Below are positions 24,680 through 37,322 of a stretch of 64,000 nucleotides of DNA, piece by piece; the stretch's first letter is position 1, and each line of letters starts with the position of its first letter. This stretch comes from Callorhinchus milii (lineage: Eukaryota). The stretch is from NCBI RefSeq assembly GCF_018977255.1, contig NW_024704742.1, positions 5,644,001 through 5,708,000 of the forward strand. The letters are read 5' to 3'. The position numbers were made by a program, and so were the translations under genes. The notes beneath the pieces were generated by a model that ran no database searches, had not been told where the DNA came from, and saw only the letters and a list, made by a program, of their open reading frames with translations.

Positions 24680-25220
24680 TTAACGGTGCCGCGATTTGAC
24701 GCTGAGCCGGGGAGAAAGGGGTGGTAAGTGGTCAAAGGGGAGAGTCTTCAGGTACAATCTGAAGATGGGCAAAGAGGGGGCAAGGTGGAGGGGTTCAGGC
24801 AGGGAGTGCTCGAGAGTCGGGACACAGTGGCTGACAGCACAGCCACCGACAGTGGAGTAGTAAAGCCTGAGCTGGCTGAGCGAAGGTAAAAGGTAAAGCA
24901 GGAAGGTGGGAGCAGATTGGAAAGGATGTTCCACGAAATTAAGTGATTTGTAGATGAGAATCTTGAAAACGATGGTTTCTGCAACAGGGAGCCAGGCAAG
25001 GTTCGGGGCGATAGAGGGGTGTAGTTTGGTAGGGGTGAGGATACAGGCAGAGTTTGTGAATGATGGAGCTGGAGAGACAGACGAGGAGGGCATTCAAGAA
25101 AGTGAGCCAGGAATGACTGAACGAGCATTTCAACAGCGTTGGGTATGAGGCAGGTGATGGAAGAAAGCGGTCCTGGTCAGGGACCAGATGTGGGTCAACT
25201 GGGGAGTGAACCACCCAGGT
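24680..25220 (-). mobile_element. L2 LINE fragment, older
   Basis: WLPVAETIVFKILIYKSL and LAPSLPIFRLYLKTL motifs. Confidence 0.8.
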
Positions 25221-26715
25221 TTGGTTGGAAGCTCAAGTATTATTATTACTTTTATGTTCCACACAAACTGGTTTGAGATCCTTACAACATTGTTAAGAGT
25301 TTCAGTACTTCCTCAGATGATTGTGAGTAAAACCTCCATGATGTAGGCTTAGTCTAGGCTGACCGAGTCAAATTCAGCGTTGGAGGAACACTAATTCTCA
25401 GAGAGGTCATAGTCCTACATCACTAATGGAAAACATTCTCACACTGACTGGTCAGCAATCCTCCAGATTAATTGTTCAGTCAACTCATGGTCATCTGTGG
25501 TCTATTGCTGTTTGTTTCGGAACTGTTGCAAGTTTGCAGACCAGGTTTACTGTATGTGGTTGTAATTGCGTTAGAATAAAGAACCACTCAGAACAAACAT
25601 TTAGTAAGACAAATTTTAATAAGATTCATTAACAGATTTTTAAAAAAAATTCCCTACATTTTAGTATAAATGAATGACAACTTCAACTGTAAGGGGTAGT
25701 ACCAGAAAATAAACTTGTCAGTTGTTGCTATATGATACAAGCAGTATTACTACAGTAAAGGGAGAGGGTAACTGAAGTTAATCTGGTCTATAAAAGGAGG
25801 ACTGGCAGCTCGAGGAACAGAATATTTTCTCCTCCGCTATGGGATTTTAATTCAAAATAATAGAACAGTGTAACAAACTATTAAGAGAGAAACAACACAT
25901 TACTGTAATACAGAGAACAAAGAGGGTCCTTCTCCACTTGCCTACAGTTGGGGTCTGTAGAATTTCTAGACACATCCAAAGGCTTTGTTTAAATACCAGT
26001 TGCAGACTGATCTGCATTTAAAATAAATGCCAAAGCTTCAGAAAGGAGCCTCATAAAAAGCAGCATTAAAGAGTCTTGCACATCCCGCAATCGTGGAAAA
26101 AAAGACACTGGGCAGCACGGAAGTTTAAAAACAGAATCACTTTTTGAACAGTTATATCTCCAAGAAAAGTTCTCTCTCTTTTTTTTCACAAATCTTGAAT
26201 CTGCTCAAATATTCATTATAAATAAATGTATCATCCCTACATTCACATGAGCCAATAACCTATTCATCGTGAGCCAGAACTGCAAATGCCCTTTAAACGA
26301 ACTGGAGGTATAACAGGTACTAGATGTTTGATTCAAAATAAAGCGTCAACAAGACACAGTATGGAGATTCAGAGAAATAGGAATTATCCTGTTGGCGGTC
26401 ACGTGGATCACCAATGATCAAAGTTATGAATGGTAAGTGCCAAGGAGTGGGATACAAATAGTTTGGACACGTGCTGGGGTTTACCGCACAAACAGTAAAC
26501 AATTTAACAGTAACTAGAACATAGAACTAGAACTAGATGGATGCATGGCTTTGAAAGAGTTTTGGTAACACCATTTCCCCCTCACTTAAATATTGTGATC
26601 CAATCTCAATTGCAATACCATCCCCAGGGCCTTGGGACGTCCTCCCGACACTATACAAATTTAATTTTGTAATCTATCTCTTCAATATCCAAAGAATAAT
26701 CATCATAGGAATGAA

Positions 26716-27046
26716 GTGGAGTCCTGTAGCTCAGTGGTTAGAGCACTCGCTTTGCAAGTGAGACACTTCCATTCAATTCCAGGCAGAGGGCGAAACCTTG
26801 GGCAAGTTTCCTTACTCCACACAACTAATAATAATCCCTCCAAATAAAAAAAAAAACAATAATAAATTGGTCATTTTCAATCCATGACTGTTTGTGGGAC
26901 GCTGCTGTGCGCAATTGGCTGCCGCGTTCGCCCACAAATATACAGTCAATTCACTTTACAGTATATTCTGTGAAGCGCTTTGGGACGTCTAGAAGACGTG
27001 AAAAGCGCTATATCAAAGGCAAGGATTATTATTATTATTATTATTA
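26716..27046 (+). mobile_element. Young SINE, short form, full length
   Basis: Head, core, TAGAA-loop tail, (ATT)n. Confidence 0.95.
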
Positions 27047-28020
27047 AGTGATTGGCAGCCAAGGGAGGATTTGGTATTATACAGAGACTACACATCAGTT
27101 ACTAAGAGCATGCATGCTCAACACTACGGAACGACAAGGCAATGATTGGGACAGACATCTAGACTATTTTAACAAGATATTCACTTGGTTGGTGGCGCTG
27201 TACACTGCCATTTTAAGATTATTTTTGGGGGTGTGGGGAGGAGTAGGAGGGAGAATGAGAATGGAAAATCCAGCGTACTGTTGCTAAGAAATCTCTTCTC
27301 AGTGAAATCAAAGGAACCATCACATCTCACTGGCACAATACTAGAGAAGGAACCCTGATTATAAAACACACGTGTTGATAAACAAGTGCCAATACTGTCA
27401 ATTTGTCTTTCTGAATCTTTGGTACAATCAATTTTGTTTTCTATCCGAAATGTGTCAGTGAAATGTAGCCCAATTTTTAAAAAAAATACACAATAACCAA
27501 GATTTGTTTAGAAAGTATTTACAATAGAAATTACAATATAATACAACTGTCAAGCTTATATTATATGAACAAATCAAGTTGTCCGTGAAGCCCATCCTAT
27601 GAAAGTCTCCTCATTCTGGCGACTGTTATTTTAACCCCTCTGGGATCCCACCTCATGAATAAACTAGTGGTTGGGCATTCGTACATCAGAGGCTAGAAGT
27701 CTCTACTAAAATCACACTATATATATATTTTTTTAAAAAGATCCATACAAAATTTGCCACTGGGTAATAATACAATATATACAGCATCTTAGGTACTAGG
27801 AGGCAAATTTTCTAGGCAATACCACCCACCCCACAAATATTATTAGATTTTGGCAGCATTTACTTTGACATGAATGCACCATACAAGATTTTACCATTAT
27901 ATATACCACCAAGTCATCAAAAATAAGCACACTTAGTGTTATTTACAGAACAGAATAAAATGTGGAAGATGTAATCTGAATTAATTTCTAATCTAACCAC
28001 TTCATTCAGCTTGAAATGGG

Positions 28021-28022
<2 letters not shown>

Positions 28023-28052
<30 letters not shown>
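28023..28052. repeat. (GT)n microsatellite in the SLC20A2 3' UTR
   Basis: Direct read. Confidence 0.95.
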
Positions 28053-28055
<3 letters not shown>

Positions 28056-28157
28056 AGGGGGTGAAAGAAAAACAGCTGAGCTGGGAGAAGAGAACAGAGG
28101 AAAGGTCTCAATCTACTACTTAAGATTTTTTTTAAAATCACATTTAAAAAAAAAAAT

Positions 28158-28322
28158 TCAAACATATGGCAGTATACCATAGACAAAAATTGCCATAATA
28201 GCAGCAGTGAAGAGGCCAGCCACGGGAACGGTCACAAACCAAGCCAAAAAGATATTACGGAATAAGTGCCAATCCACCGCTTTACGTGACCGAATCCAGC
28301 CAACTGAAACCACAGATCCGAC
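28158..28322 (-). CDS. SLC20A2: SLC20A2 last coding exon (165 nt including TGA)
   Basis: [54 protein letters not shown]; ctttacag acceptor. The ten exons sum to 1962 nt in one frame. Confidence 0.97.
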   Translation of the reverse strand, partial: VGSVVSVGWIRSRKAVDWHLFRNIFLAWFVTVPVAGLFTAAIMAIFVYGILPYV

Positions 28323-30049
28323 CTGTAAAGGTAATTTGACGACAGGGAAAAAAATATTAATGAGCAATATTCAATTGGAGGCAAGACCAGAGTAGACTGA
28401 TTCAAAATTTAAAATCAGCACAACTTGTACAATCAGCCACCAAAACCATGCAGATAGTAGATACATTTCACCCACAAAATATACAGCCAATTCACTTCAC
28501 AGTATATTTTGTGAAGCGCTTTGAGACGTCTCGAAGACGTGATAAGGCGCCATATCAAGTGCAAGGATTATTATTCTTTTCATGTACTGTACCCAGTACC
28601 TCAATCCTACATTCCAGATACACTGCACTGAAATGTGAATTTCTTTCAATTAACAGCAATCATCGAGAGTTGGAAAAGCCAAGACCAGTGGCACAAGATT
28701 AACACAAATAGGCAATATCCAATACAAGTTGAATAATGCACAATATGTAGCATGGCAAGGCAGTATAAAATTTGAATTTGTATCATATCTCGGGTTTGGA
28801 GAACGACCATCAGTCCACTCTTTTCACAAAGTAAGATTAATTTGTCAACTAATAATTGAACCATACATTAGATTGGAAAGCAAAGATTAATCATAGCTCA
28901 AAAGAGCAAGCAAGTTAGAATGATTTGCTTTAAGCAGAGTATTGACTTGACTGGTGCAGTATGCCTTCAAACTATCATATGCAATACTAGAAGAGTTTTC
29001 TGGAAATGGGGTTTTAGTTACCACAACATTAAAGTGGACTAAAAAAGATATACAACTTTTGGCACAAGTGTCTAGATTTCAGGGAGTTCCAACGAGTTGT
29101 AACCAGATCTTGGATTGGATCAAGTTCATTCACTGAACAAATAAGTAATTAAAACCTCCTCAGTTTGGTATAGACCTAAATTCCCATTCTTGTCCTCCTC
29201 TCCGCCCCACCCACATTAATAGTGCAGCGAGTTGACACTTCAATACATCGTGCAAATGTGTATACCTTTCAATTAGCAACTATTATCCATAAAATCTGGT
29301 CTCACTCCAAATAAACTCTAGTAATGAAAAACCGAGCAAACAAAATAATACTCTGGAGGACAGTGCAAACCCTTCACCAGAAGGCAGACAGCAACAGCCA
29401 AGTCTTATTCTAATTCAATTGCCTGAGTTGCTAAATTTGGTAGTAGTTCAGTCTCTTTATTAACATGGCATTCTCTAATACCTTGCAATGAGTAGAACTT
29501 ATTGGAATGCCCACATTTGAGGCAACAAGTACAGTAAGCGCACACATTACTTCAATGCAAAATCCACTGTAAAGAAAGAGAATAAGTTTGTAGTATTAAG
29601 TATGTGAAGAAAACCCGAACCCGTGCATGCAATGTGAACATTGGGTGAGTGATGAGAGGTTTTGCTGACCCTGTGCCCAAGGAGTCTACTACAAACCAAT
29701 CCACAGTGGCATGAACAGCTTAAGTTGGGAGGGGTGGGTTTTAAAATCTAAAACAGCACAGCCTTTACTGAATACACCTTTTCTAAAGCTACTGAAGATA
29801 CTCAAGTCAACTTCCCTTCCTCTATCACACAGCGTCCTCCACAGTCCGTGTGAAGCTCTCTGACGTTTCGTGAAGGACATTATATAAACGTCATGTTGCT
29901 GAATGGTCAAATACATTGTGGGGAGTTTGGTTTGGTTTGGTGTGTGTGTGCGTGAGAATTATAATTTTATTTGCTGTAACATTTCTATTAAAGCAAAGCA
30001 AGCTGCTGTTGCAAAAACGGGACCACTCATATTTAGTGTCTTTCACATT

Positions 30050-30200
30050 TTCAAGGCTGAGGTGGATGGATATTGTCCCGTCAGGGTATCAATGGATAAA
30101 GGGGAAAGGCGGGTAATTGGAGTTGAGGTACAGATCGGCCATGATCTTATAGAATGGCGGAACAGGCTCGAGGGGCTGAATGGCCTACTCCTGTTTCTAC
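30050..30200 (+). mobile_element. CR1-clade LINE 3' end
   Basis: GAGGTACAGATCGGCCATGATC..GGCTCGAGGGGCTGAATGGCCTACTCCTG; related copies at 44815-45020 (-) and 61995-62162 (+). Confidence 0.8.
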
Positions 30201-30832
30201 GTTTGCAAATTTTCGATCAAGGTGACCTTCAACAATTGGGCTCAGACCAATCCAGATACTGCCCAAGCCAGTTTAATCTTTTTAAACTATGTTAAGAAAA
30301 TCCCATGATCTCTTTAAGTACCGGGCATTTCATGTGCCTGACTACATAGTCTTATTCTGCTTGTATGGGTAGAACGTAAAGAATGTACCCACTCCAAACT
30401 AGACTGAAAAGGAAGAGGCGTGGTCCTGATTTCGTATAACCATAAAAGAAGCATGTTTAAAAGAGAACCAACAATAATTATTATTATTATTAACAGTCCC
30501 GGTTGGTTTTGTATGAAAAGGCGATCCTCTAACGTGGATCCACAGCCTCTGAGAAATCACCACAGCAATCGATCGGACAAAAACAAACCATTTTACTTGC
30601 TTCAGTTTAGTTATGGTTCAGAGAGCAGCAATCTATGAAAATGACTTGAGTATCTTTAAGCAGCAAGAAAGGAAACCCGCTGTCTGTCTGCAGCCCCCAT
30701 CTAGAACTGGCAGCACTTTCTGCTGTTCAGCTTACCCTACCACACCTAGGAGTCATGCCACCATGAACTGACCTGAGCCTCAGAGTAGAACAGACTGGAC
30801 TGCTTGTGAGCAGTCCCATGGCATACGCATAC

Positions 30833-30917
30833 CTTGCAGTGTGTGGTACTGATAGGAAGTCCAATATTGGAAGCAACCACAACTGTGAACGCCGAAGCCA
30901 ACTCAATAGTGAATCCA
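30833..30917 (-). CDS. SLC20A2: SLC20A2 coding exon 9 (85 nt)
   Basis: [28 protein letters not shown]; cctacag acceptor, GTATGC donor. Confidence 0.97.
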
Positions 30918-32117
30918 CTGTAGGAAGTACAAAATAACACTTCACAGTCATTCTTTGCACCAGCTAGTCCAGCGACTAACACCATGAAGCTTCAGGCAGC
31001 ACTCACCACAGCTCTGGCCAACATCCAGGGCAATTTTAATTTGATATATCCAGCAGTCATTAAATAAAAAACATTTCCGTTATTACATTAGCACCCATGG
31101 AATAAAACATGACATTCACAGTTGTGATAAACAGAATAAAATAACTGTGGCTGGCATTTAAAATTCACGACAAGTTAAAATTCAGCAGCAGGTCTATATT
31201 ATCTCAACGGAGGCTTCCAGCATCATGTATTAATAGATTCTAATTAAATGTACCAAGGGCCAGATCTGTACAATTTTAACATACATCGGGGATTCAGATC
31301 ATTTCGGCAGTGCCCCCCTCCTTCTACCCAAATACATATCATCTGCTAATCTTTTTGTTGGAAGCTTTTCAGTGAGTGATTTGCCCCCCCCCCCCCCCCA
31401 CCCCACACACACACCTACCTCCCCAGGGGATTTAGGTATCAGTACACTTGCTGACATACAAGCCTTTTGTGTTCTACTGACATCAATGGGAAATGTGATC
31501 TTACATTAAACTTCCCGTTTAACAGTCCTGGTTCAGACTTTAGAGAACATGTGTGACAGTCCTGCGATAAGACCAAAGATGCAGCAGAAATGCCAGCTCA
31601 TTTATCGAATGCACCCTAGATTATGAGAAGAGAGGCTCCCTTTCCCCCCCACCCCCTCCGCCAACTCTCTGCTAGAGGTACTGCATGGTTTCCTGTGGGA
31701 AGTGAGAAGGGATAAAGAAAGGAAATAAAGAAAGGAAGGGAGAATATAAAATAAAAATCATTGCCCCAATTTCAGTTAATAAAAAAGAAAAACCCAAAGG
31801 GTAAAATTGATCAGCGTGTGGGCATTCCACCAGGTGTGAAAATAATAGTTCTGATCGTCAAAACAGGAAGTGGGGGGGGTGGGAGAAAAAAAAGCACTGG
31901 TTTGGACCCGAAGCAGAATTAAAATAAATAATTCTACATTATCCAAATTAAATTCTGAATACGCCAATCAATGTTCGTCAAATAGCTATTCGTTCCCTTC
32001 ACTGACACAATTTGTCTCGACTACCTCCCTGATAGATTAGTCCATACATTCATCACTTTGTGTAAATCAGCTCCTAGATGAGTTAGCACAGCATCGACGG
32101 GTCCTAAATATACTCAC

Positions 32118-32303
32118 CTGGAAGGTGTAATGGGGGTGAGGTCTTTGCCCAAAGTCTGGATGACCCGCCTTCCCCAGACCCAGAGACCAGCACAGATGCC
32201 CAAGCCACCGTACAGCAGCAGCCAGATAGGTGTTGAGGCATCCTGTAGCACTTCTCCTTCCCGATAGATCAGCCAGAGAGCAACAAGGGGACCGATTGCA
32301 TTG
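32118..32303 (-). CDS. SLC20A2: SLC20A2 coding exon 8 (186 nt)
   Basis: [61 protein letters not shown]; ttttccag acceptor, GTGAGT donor. Confidence 0.97.
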
Positions 32304-33149
32304 CTGGAAAAGGAAAACGGGAAGGTTAAAGCCCAATTAATAGGAGAAAGACTGCAAACAGTATGCACCTCGCCACGACTTCCTCTCTAAAAAAAAATAA
32401 CAGCTGCAGATGTCAGCATGTTGTGGCCGAGGAGAGCTCTAATCAGGGATGATTTTTAATGTTCAGGTTATTGAAAGTTTCTGCCAAACCAATGGTATTT
32501 AATTAAAACAGCCAGCGGCTTCACACACCACACACACACACACACACACACCATAACAAGTGTGTAATAAAGCAAACAATGTTGAAATCTAAAAAAAATC
32601 CACATTGTTCTTTATACTTCATGAACATTTTGCTTGACAAAACGGGACTGTAGCAGGTCGGGAGGGGGTGTTGCGGTGGGTGGGGGGGTGGGGGTTGCGA
32701 CAGCTTCAATGATTTATGACACAAATAAAACACCAGGCTCTTCATTCCTCTACAAATCCATTTAAAGCCAGGCACAATAAGGGGATTATTACACAGTCAC
32801 ATGAATACCCTGCAGTAACACGTTCACAATAGCTTCTCAGTCTCCAATCAACATCAATTCAGCTGCTCTGAACAGCTCTTGTTTAAAATGACTGCAAGTA
32901 CTGCTCTGAATTTTATAACCTTAGCACCTGCCTGTGTTGGATTTGACAACATAAGATACCGGTGTCTGGCATTTCATCTCCCCCTGGACTTTACTTTCTC
33001 TTCTAAACCACCCAAAAATATTAGACTCGAGAACTGCAGCGTGGTGGCGGGGGGGGGGGGGGGGGAATGACAACACGACGACAGGTATTTTCTAAAGAGC
33101 GTTCACATTTGTTTTGCAAACCCAAAAAAACAAACACGTTGCACTTTTG

Positions 33150-33535
33150 TCAGTCAGTGCGCTCAGCGCTCACTTTCGCCTCCAAGTCTTGTGGATTCAA
33201 GCCCCCACGTTGGGACTTTTGAATGACATGGTATAAACTGAGCCTGGGGTGTGCTGCATTATCAGAGGTGCTATCCTTCAGATGAGGTGGAAAGTTAAAC
33301 CGAGGTCTTGTCTGCCGGCTCAGTGGACGATAAAGATCCACTGGGACTATTCGAAACGGAAAAGGGAATTTTTCTTGGCCAACGAATCTCCAAATTAAAA
33401 TTGGTCGCTCGCTCCGTGGCTGTTTGTGGGACATTGCTGTGTGTGCGAACAGCTGCCACATTTACCTTCAAAATACACAGCCAATCCAATTTGTAGTAAA
33501 TCCTGTGAAGTGAAAACCGCTCGAGGCGGTATAAA
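33150..33535 (+). mobile_element. Older DeuSINE (AmnSINE1/SacSINE1-like)
   Basis: GATGAG..GTTAAACCGAGGTC..GTGGACGATAAAGATCC..GCTGTTTGTGGGACATTGCTGTG resembles the Deu domain. Confidence 0.75.
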
Positions 33536-33569
33536 GTGGAGAGCTTTTTTGGAAATAACTTGATGGACC

Positions 33570-34415
33570 TCCATCTCTCCCCCCCCCAAAACACTGACCC
33601 CCCCCCCACCCCTCTGCATCTCCCCCAAAACACGACCCCCCCCACCCCTCTGCATCTCCCCCAAACACCACCCCCCCCCACCCCTCTGCATCTCCCCCAA
33701 AACACCGACCCCCCCACCCCTCTGCATCTCCCCCAAATCACCGACCCCCCACCCCTCTGCATCTCCCCCAAATCACCGACCCCCCCACCCCTCTGCATCT
33801 CCCCCAAAACACAGAACCCCCACCCCTGCCTCTACCCCACCCGCCTCTCCCCCAAAACACCGACCACCCCCTCTGCCTCTCCCCCAAAACACCGACCACC
33901 CCCTCTGCCTCTCCCCCAAAACACCGACCACCCCCTCTGCCTCTCCCCCAAAACACCGACCACCCCCTCTGCCTCTCCCCCAAAACACCGACCACCCCTC
34001 TGCCTCTCCCCCAAAACACCACCACCCCCCTCTGCCTCTCCCCCAAAACACCGCCCCCCCCCTGCCTCTCCCCCAAAACACCGACCCCCCCCTCCCTCTC
34101 CCCCAAAACACCGACCCCCCCCCCTGTCTCTCCCCCAAAACACCGACCTCCCCCCTCTGTCTCTCCCCCAAAACACCGACCCCCCCTCTGCCTCTCCCCC
34201 AAAACACCACCTCCCCCCACTGCCTCTCCCCCAAAACACCACCCCCCCCCCTGCCTCTCCCCCAAAACACCGACCACCCCCTCTGCCTCTCCCCCAAAAC
34301 ACCGATCTCCCCCCTCTGTCTCTCCCCCAAAACACCGACCCCCCCCTCCGCCTCTCCCCCAAAACACCGCCCCCCCCCCCGCCTCTCCCTAAAAACACCG
34401 ACCTCCCCCCTAAAA
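33570..34415. repeat. C-rich minisatellite, ~32-bp unit, about 26 copies
   Basis: Unit ~CCCCCTCTGCCTCTCCCCCAAAACACCGACCA. Confidence 0.95.
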
Positions 34416-36526
34416 CATCCGCAGGAGTGCTGTGGGCCTATTGCAATCCACCCTCTATTTTCAGAAACAGACCCTTTGCGCTTTCAACCGTCAAAACACA
34501 TCAGAACATAATAAACTTGTGTGGTGTGTGTCCGCCACCTTAGTACGTCCCCTTTTAATCAACTGGATTTAGGTTAAAGCAGAGAAGAAATAGATCACTC
34601 GCCAAGGAGGAAAGTCATTACTCTGTAATTCACATCTTAATAAGGAGAAAGCTGCACACTTTTAAAAAAAAAGTATTGAGGTCAGTATAATCCCTCAAGA
34701 TTGAGTTACAGCTTTGAACCAACTCTCTGCAGCTTTTCAGTATTTGTTTCTGTGATTTGGGGAATGATGATTTGGTTTTGACAAACAAGATAAGTCGAAC
34801 TGAAGCCTTCGTTTCAATCACATTTACAGAGCTGAGGTGCCCAGAGCCCAGTCAACAGAATGTCAGTGCCAGAAAGAGACACAGAACCACAGGAGAGGCA
34901 TCGCCACCAAATGTCAGCACCCCACGTACACAGGAATACCGCCCACTGCAGAGGGCAGAGCTCGAGTATAAATAATCCCAGCTGTCCAGGTTCGTTGGGA
35001 GTCGAGCCCCGAGTGATAGGAATTTGCTTTAACGCTGGAAGGTTATGAGTATGATTATCGAGGATTGCACACAGTTCCAGGTTTATGGAAGGCCACTTCT
35101 GTGATGGATTTGGCAGCGGATGACAACCAAGATTGTCCACTTTGTTTGAATTTCCTCGAAAACAAAATAATAAAGCTGTGAACCCATCACACTGAGCAGC
35201 AGCTCGTTCTTAAGAGTCCACTCAGCCACTCGGGATCAGGTTTAGTGTATTTTAGAGCTGGAAACAAACTTACTGCATTTCGGTTCACAGCCACTTTCCT
35301 TGGCTCTGAAGATCTCAGGGAGGTCATTCTGGTTGGTCAGCAGTACTCGAGTAGAGGTGTAGATGTGCTGCCAAAAACAGTACTGGTGCCACCTCGTGTT
35401 TGTGAACGTTACTGTGTAAGACTCCAAACCAACGGCGTCACCATGGATAACCAGAGCTCAATCTGAAAACCATTTCTGGAGTAGCTTTAACAAGCAACAG
35501 GAGGTGATAAGATTGGGTTGACTTGTCAGCCTGTCGTAAATGCTACAGGAATTGGTCACTGCAAAGGTCACCCAAACCTCTGCTTTATCCCTCTTCCATA
35601 TAGAAGACATCAAGACCCGGAGCCGGGGTTACATACAGTCTGTTCGATGCTTCTGACTATACTGAGCAACTGGGTCAATGCTGCTATTGACACTCAATTG
35701 TCCTGGCTTCAGGTAAGAAAAGCTCTCCGGGTGCTGAAGGCAGGTATAGAGGTAAGAAGAAGACAAGGTCATACTGTATACGGCACTGGTTTCAAATATA
35801 CCCACATGATTAACAATAATTTTTGCATTTGATATAGTCTTATCAAGTCTTAGAGACGTCTCAAAGCTCCTCACAGAACATACTGTAAAGCGAATTGACC
35901 CTATATTTTGTGGGAGAAACACGGCAGCCAACATCGCACAACAGTGTCCCACAAAAAGTCGTGGATTGAGTGACCAAATTACGAAACGAGGCACACCACA
36001 GGGCAATGGTGAAGCACCACGTATTGTAGAGCGAGTGAGGAGCAAAGAGGGTGGGAAGGTCTCCACGTGGTGAGAGGCCTCGACAAAGAGGTGCAGTGAC
36101 ATGTTCCTGGGGTGAGTGGAGGTGTGACCTCCGCCTATTCCTCCAGGGGGACAAAAGTTATCAGGTATCATGCACACACGGCTATCAGAGAGGTTGGGAG
36201 CCAGGAAAGGCACAGAGCGCTGATGACACAATGTTGAGTCATGAAAATGCATTTTTCTATTCCCTGCAATATAATTTATTTGAAAATTATTGTTAATTTT
36301 CTGTTTTCTCATATTTCTTGCCCCGATTTATTTGACCCACTTCTGTTTTGTGCACTGCCAGCACGTTAGAATTTTTAAATAAAGATTAACAACAAATTAT
36401 ATTTGTACAGCGCCTTTCATGTCAGGAGCATGTCCCAAGGCGTTGTACAGTCAGGGATTCATCATTTTATTGGGTTTTCCCAATTTTCTCCAAATCGAGG
36501 ACAATGAATACCCATCATTAAAACTT

Positions 36527-36623
36527 TTTTGTGTGCAAACCGATTGATTTGAACTACAAAATGGCCACCTTCCAGATTGTAAGGTGGCCAAAATGGTTCA
36601 AATCAATTGGTTTCTATATAAAA
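36527..36623 (+). other. 97-nt long hairpin
   Basis: About 39 base pairs including five G-U, one C-C mismatch and one 5x3 internal loop. Confidence 0.8.
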
Positions 36624-37129
36624 TGCAGGACATGGTTGAGCGTGGAGGAGTGTGGGCATCAAATGTTTTGATGAATCCCAACTGAAAGCCAAACCACAAC
36701 TCCTTACCACAGGACGATGCTTTTAGAGTTAGCAGGAGAATTAAGCATTTTTGTATTCCCAGAGGTCAAGAGAAACTCATTTTCAGCTTTGATCTTGGAC
36801 CATAAGTCATTGCCAAACAATGGTAAATTTGACTGATGTGTCCGTACAGTAAACCTGCCTTGTGTGGTTTTACAGCAAACACTTGACCAACTGTGCAATT
36901 ACTTCACCAGTGGTTAAACTGGATGTACCTAGTCTCACTCCCACATACACCCGGTGTGCTTATATCCTGAGTGTGCTCACATCCTGAATATTGCTTATTA
37001 CAGTGGAAAACTGACCATCTGACAGTCAGCAGTGGAAAGTCAGAGAAGCATGTGCATGTTCTAATCCGTGTGGGTGGATAGTCAGCTGGGCTGGGGCTCC
37101 AATAAAAACAACCCAGTACAAAAGACAGA

Positions 37130-37322
37130 AAAAGTAAGTGAGAGAGAGAGAATGACATACACAAAAGAGAAAGAGAGAGAGGGAGGAAGACAGAAATGCA
37201 AGCGCACACGTGCGCACACAGGATAGAGAAAGAGAAAGTCTCACACACACAAAGAGGAAGTCTCTCAGAGAGAGACAGACAGACAGAGAGAGAGAGAGAG
37301 AGAGAAGACACACACACAGACT
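37130..37322. repeat. AG/AC-rich simple repeat
   Basis: Direct read. Confidence 0.85.

Larger units (their letters stand above)
25600..28157 (-). other. SLC20A2: Probable SLC20A2 3' UTR (3' end uncertain)
   Basis: AU-rich sequence after the stop. ATTAAA on the minus strand at 25620-25615 is followed by a GT-rich tract. An earlier end near 27400 cannot be excluded. Confidence 0.45.

Noticed and set aside
33536..34543. 335-aa proline-rich ORF and overlapping Gly/Arg-rich antisense ORFs
   Set aside because: Translation of a stop-poor minisatellite inside an intron; no splice or domain support
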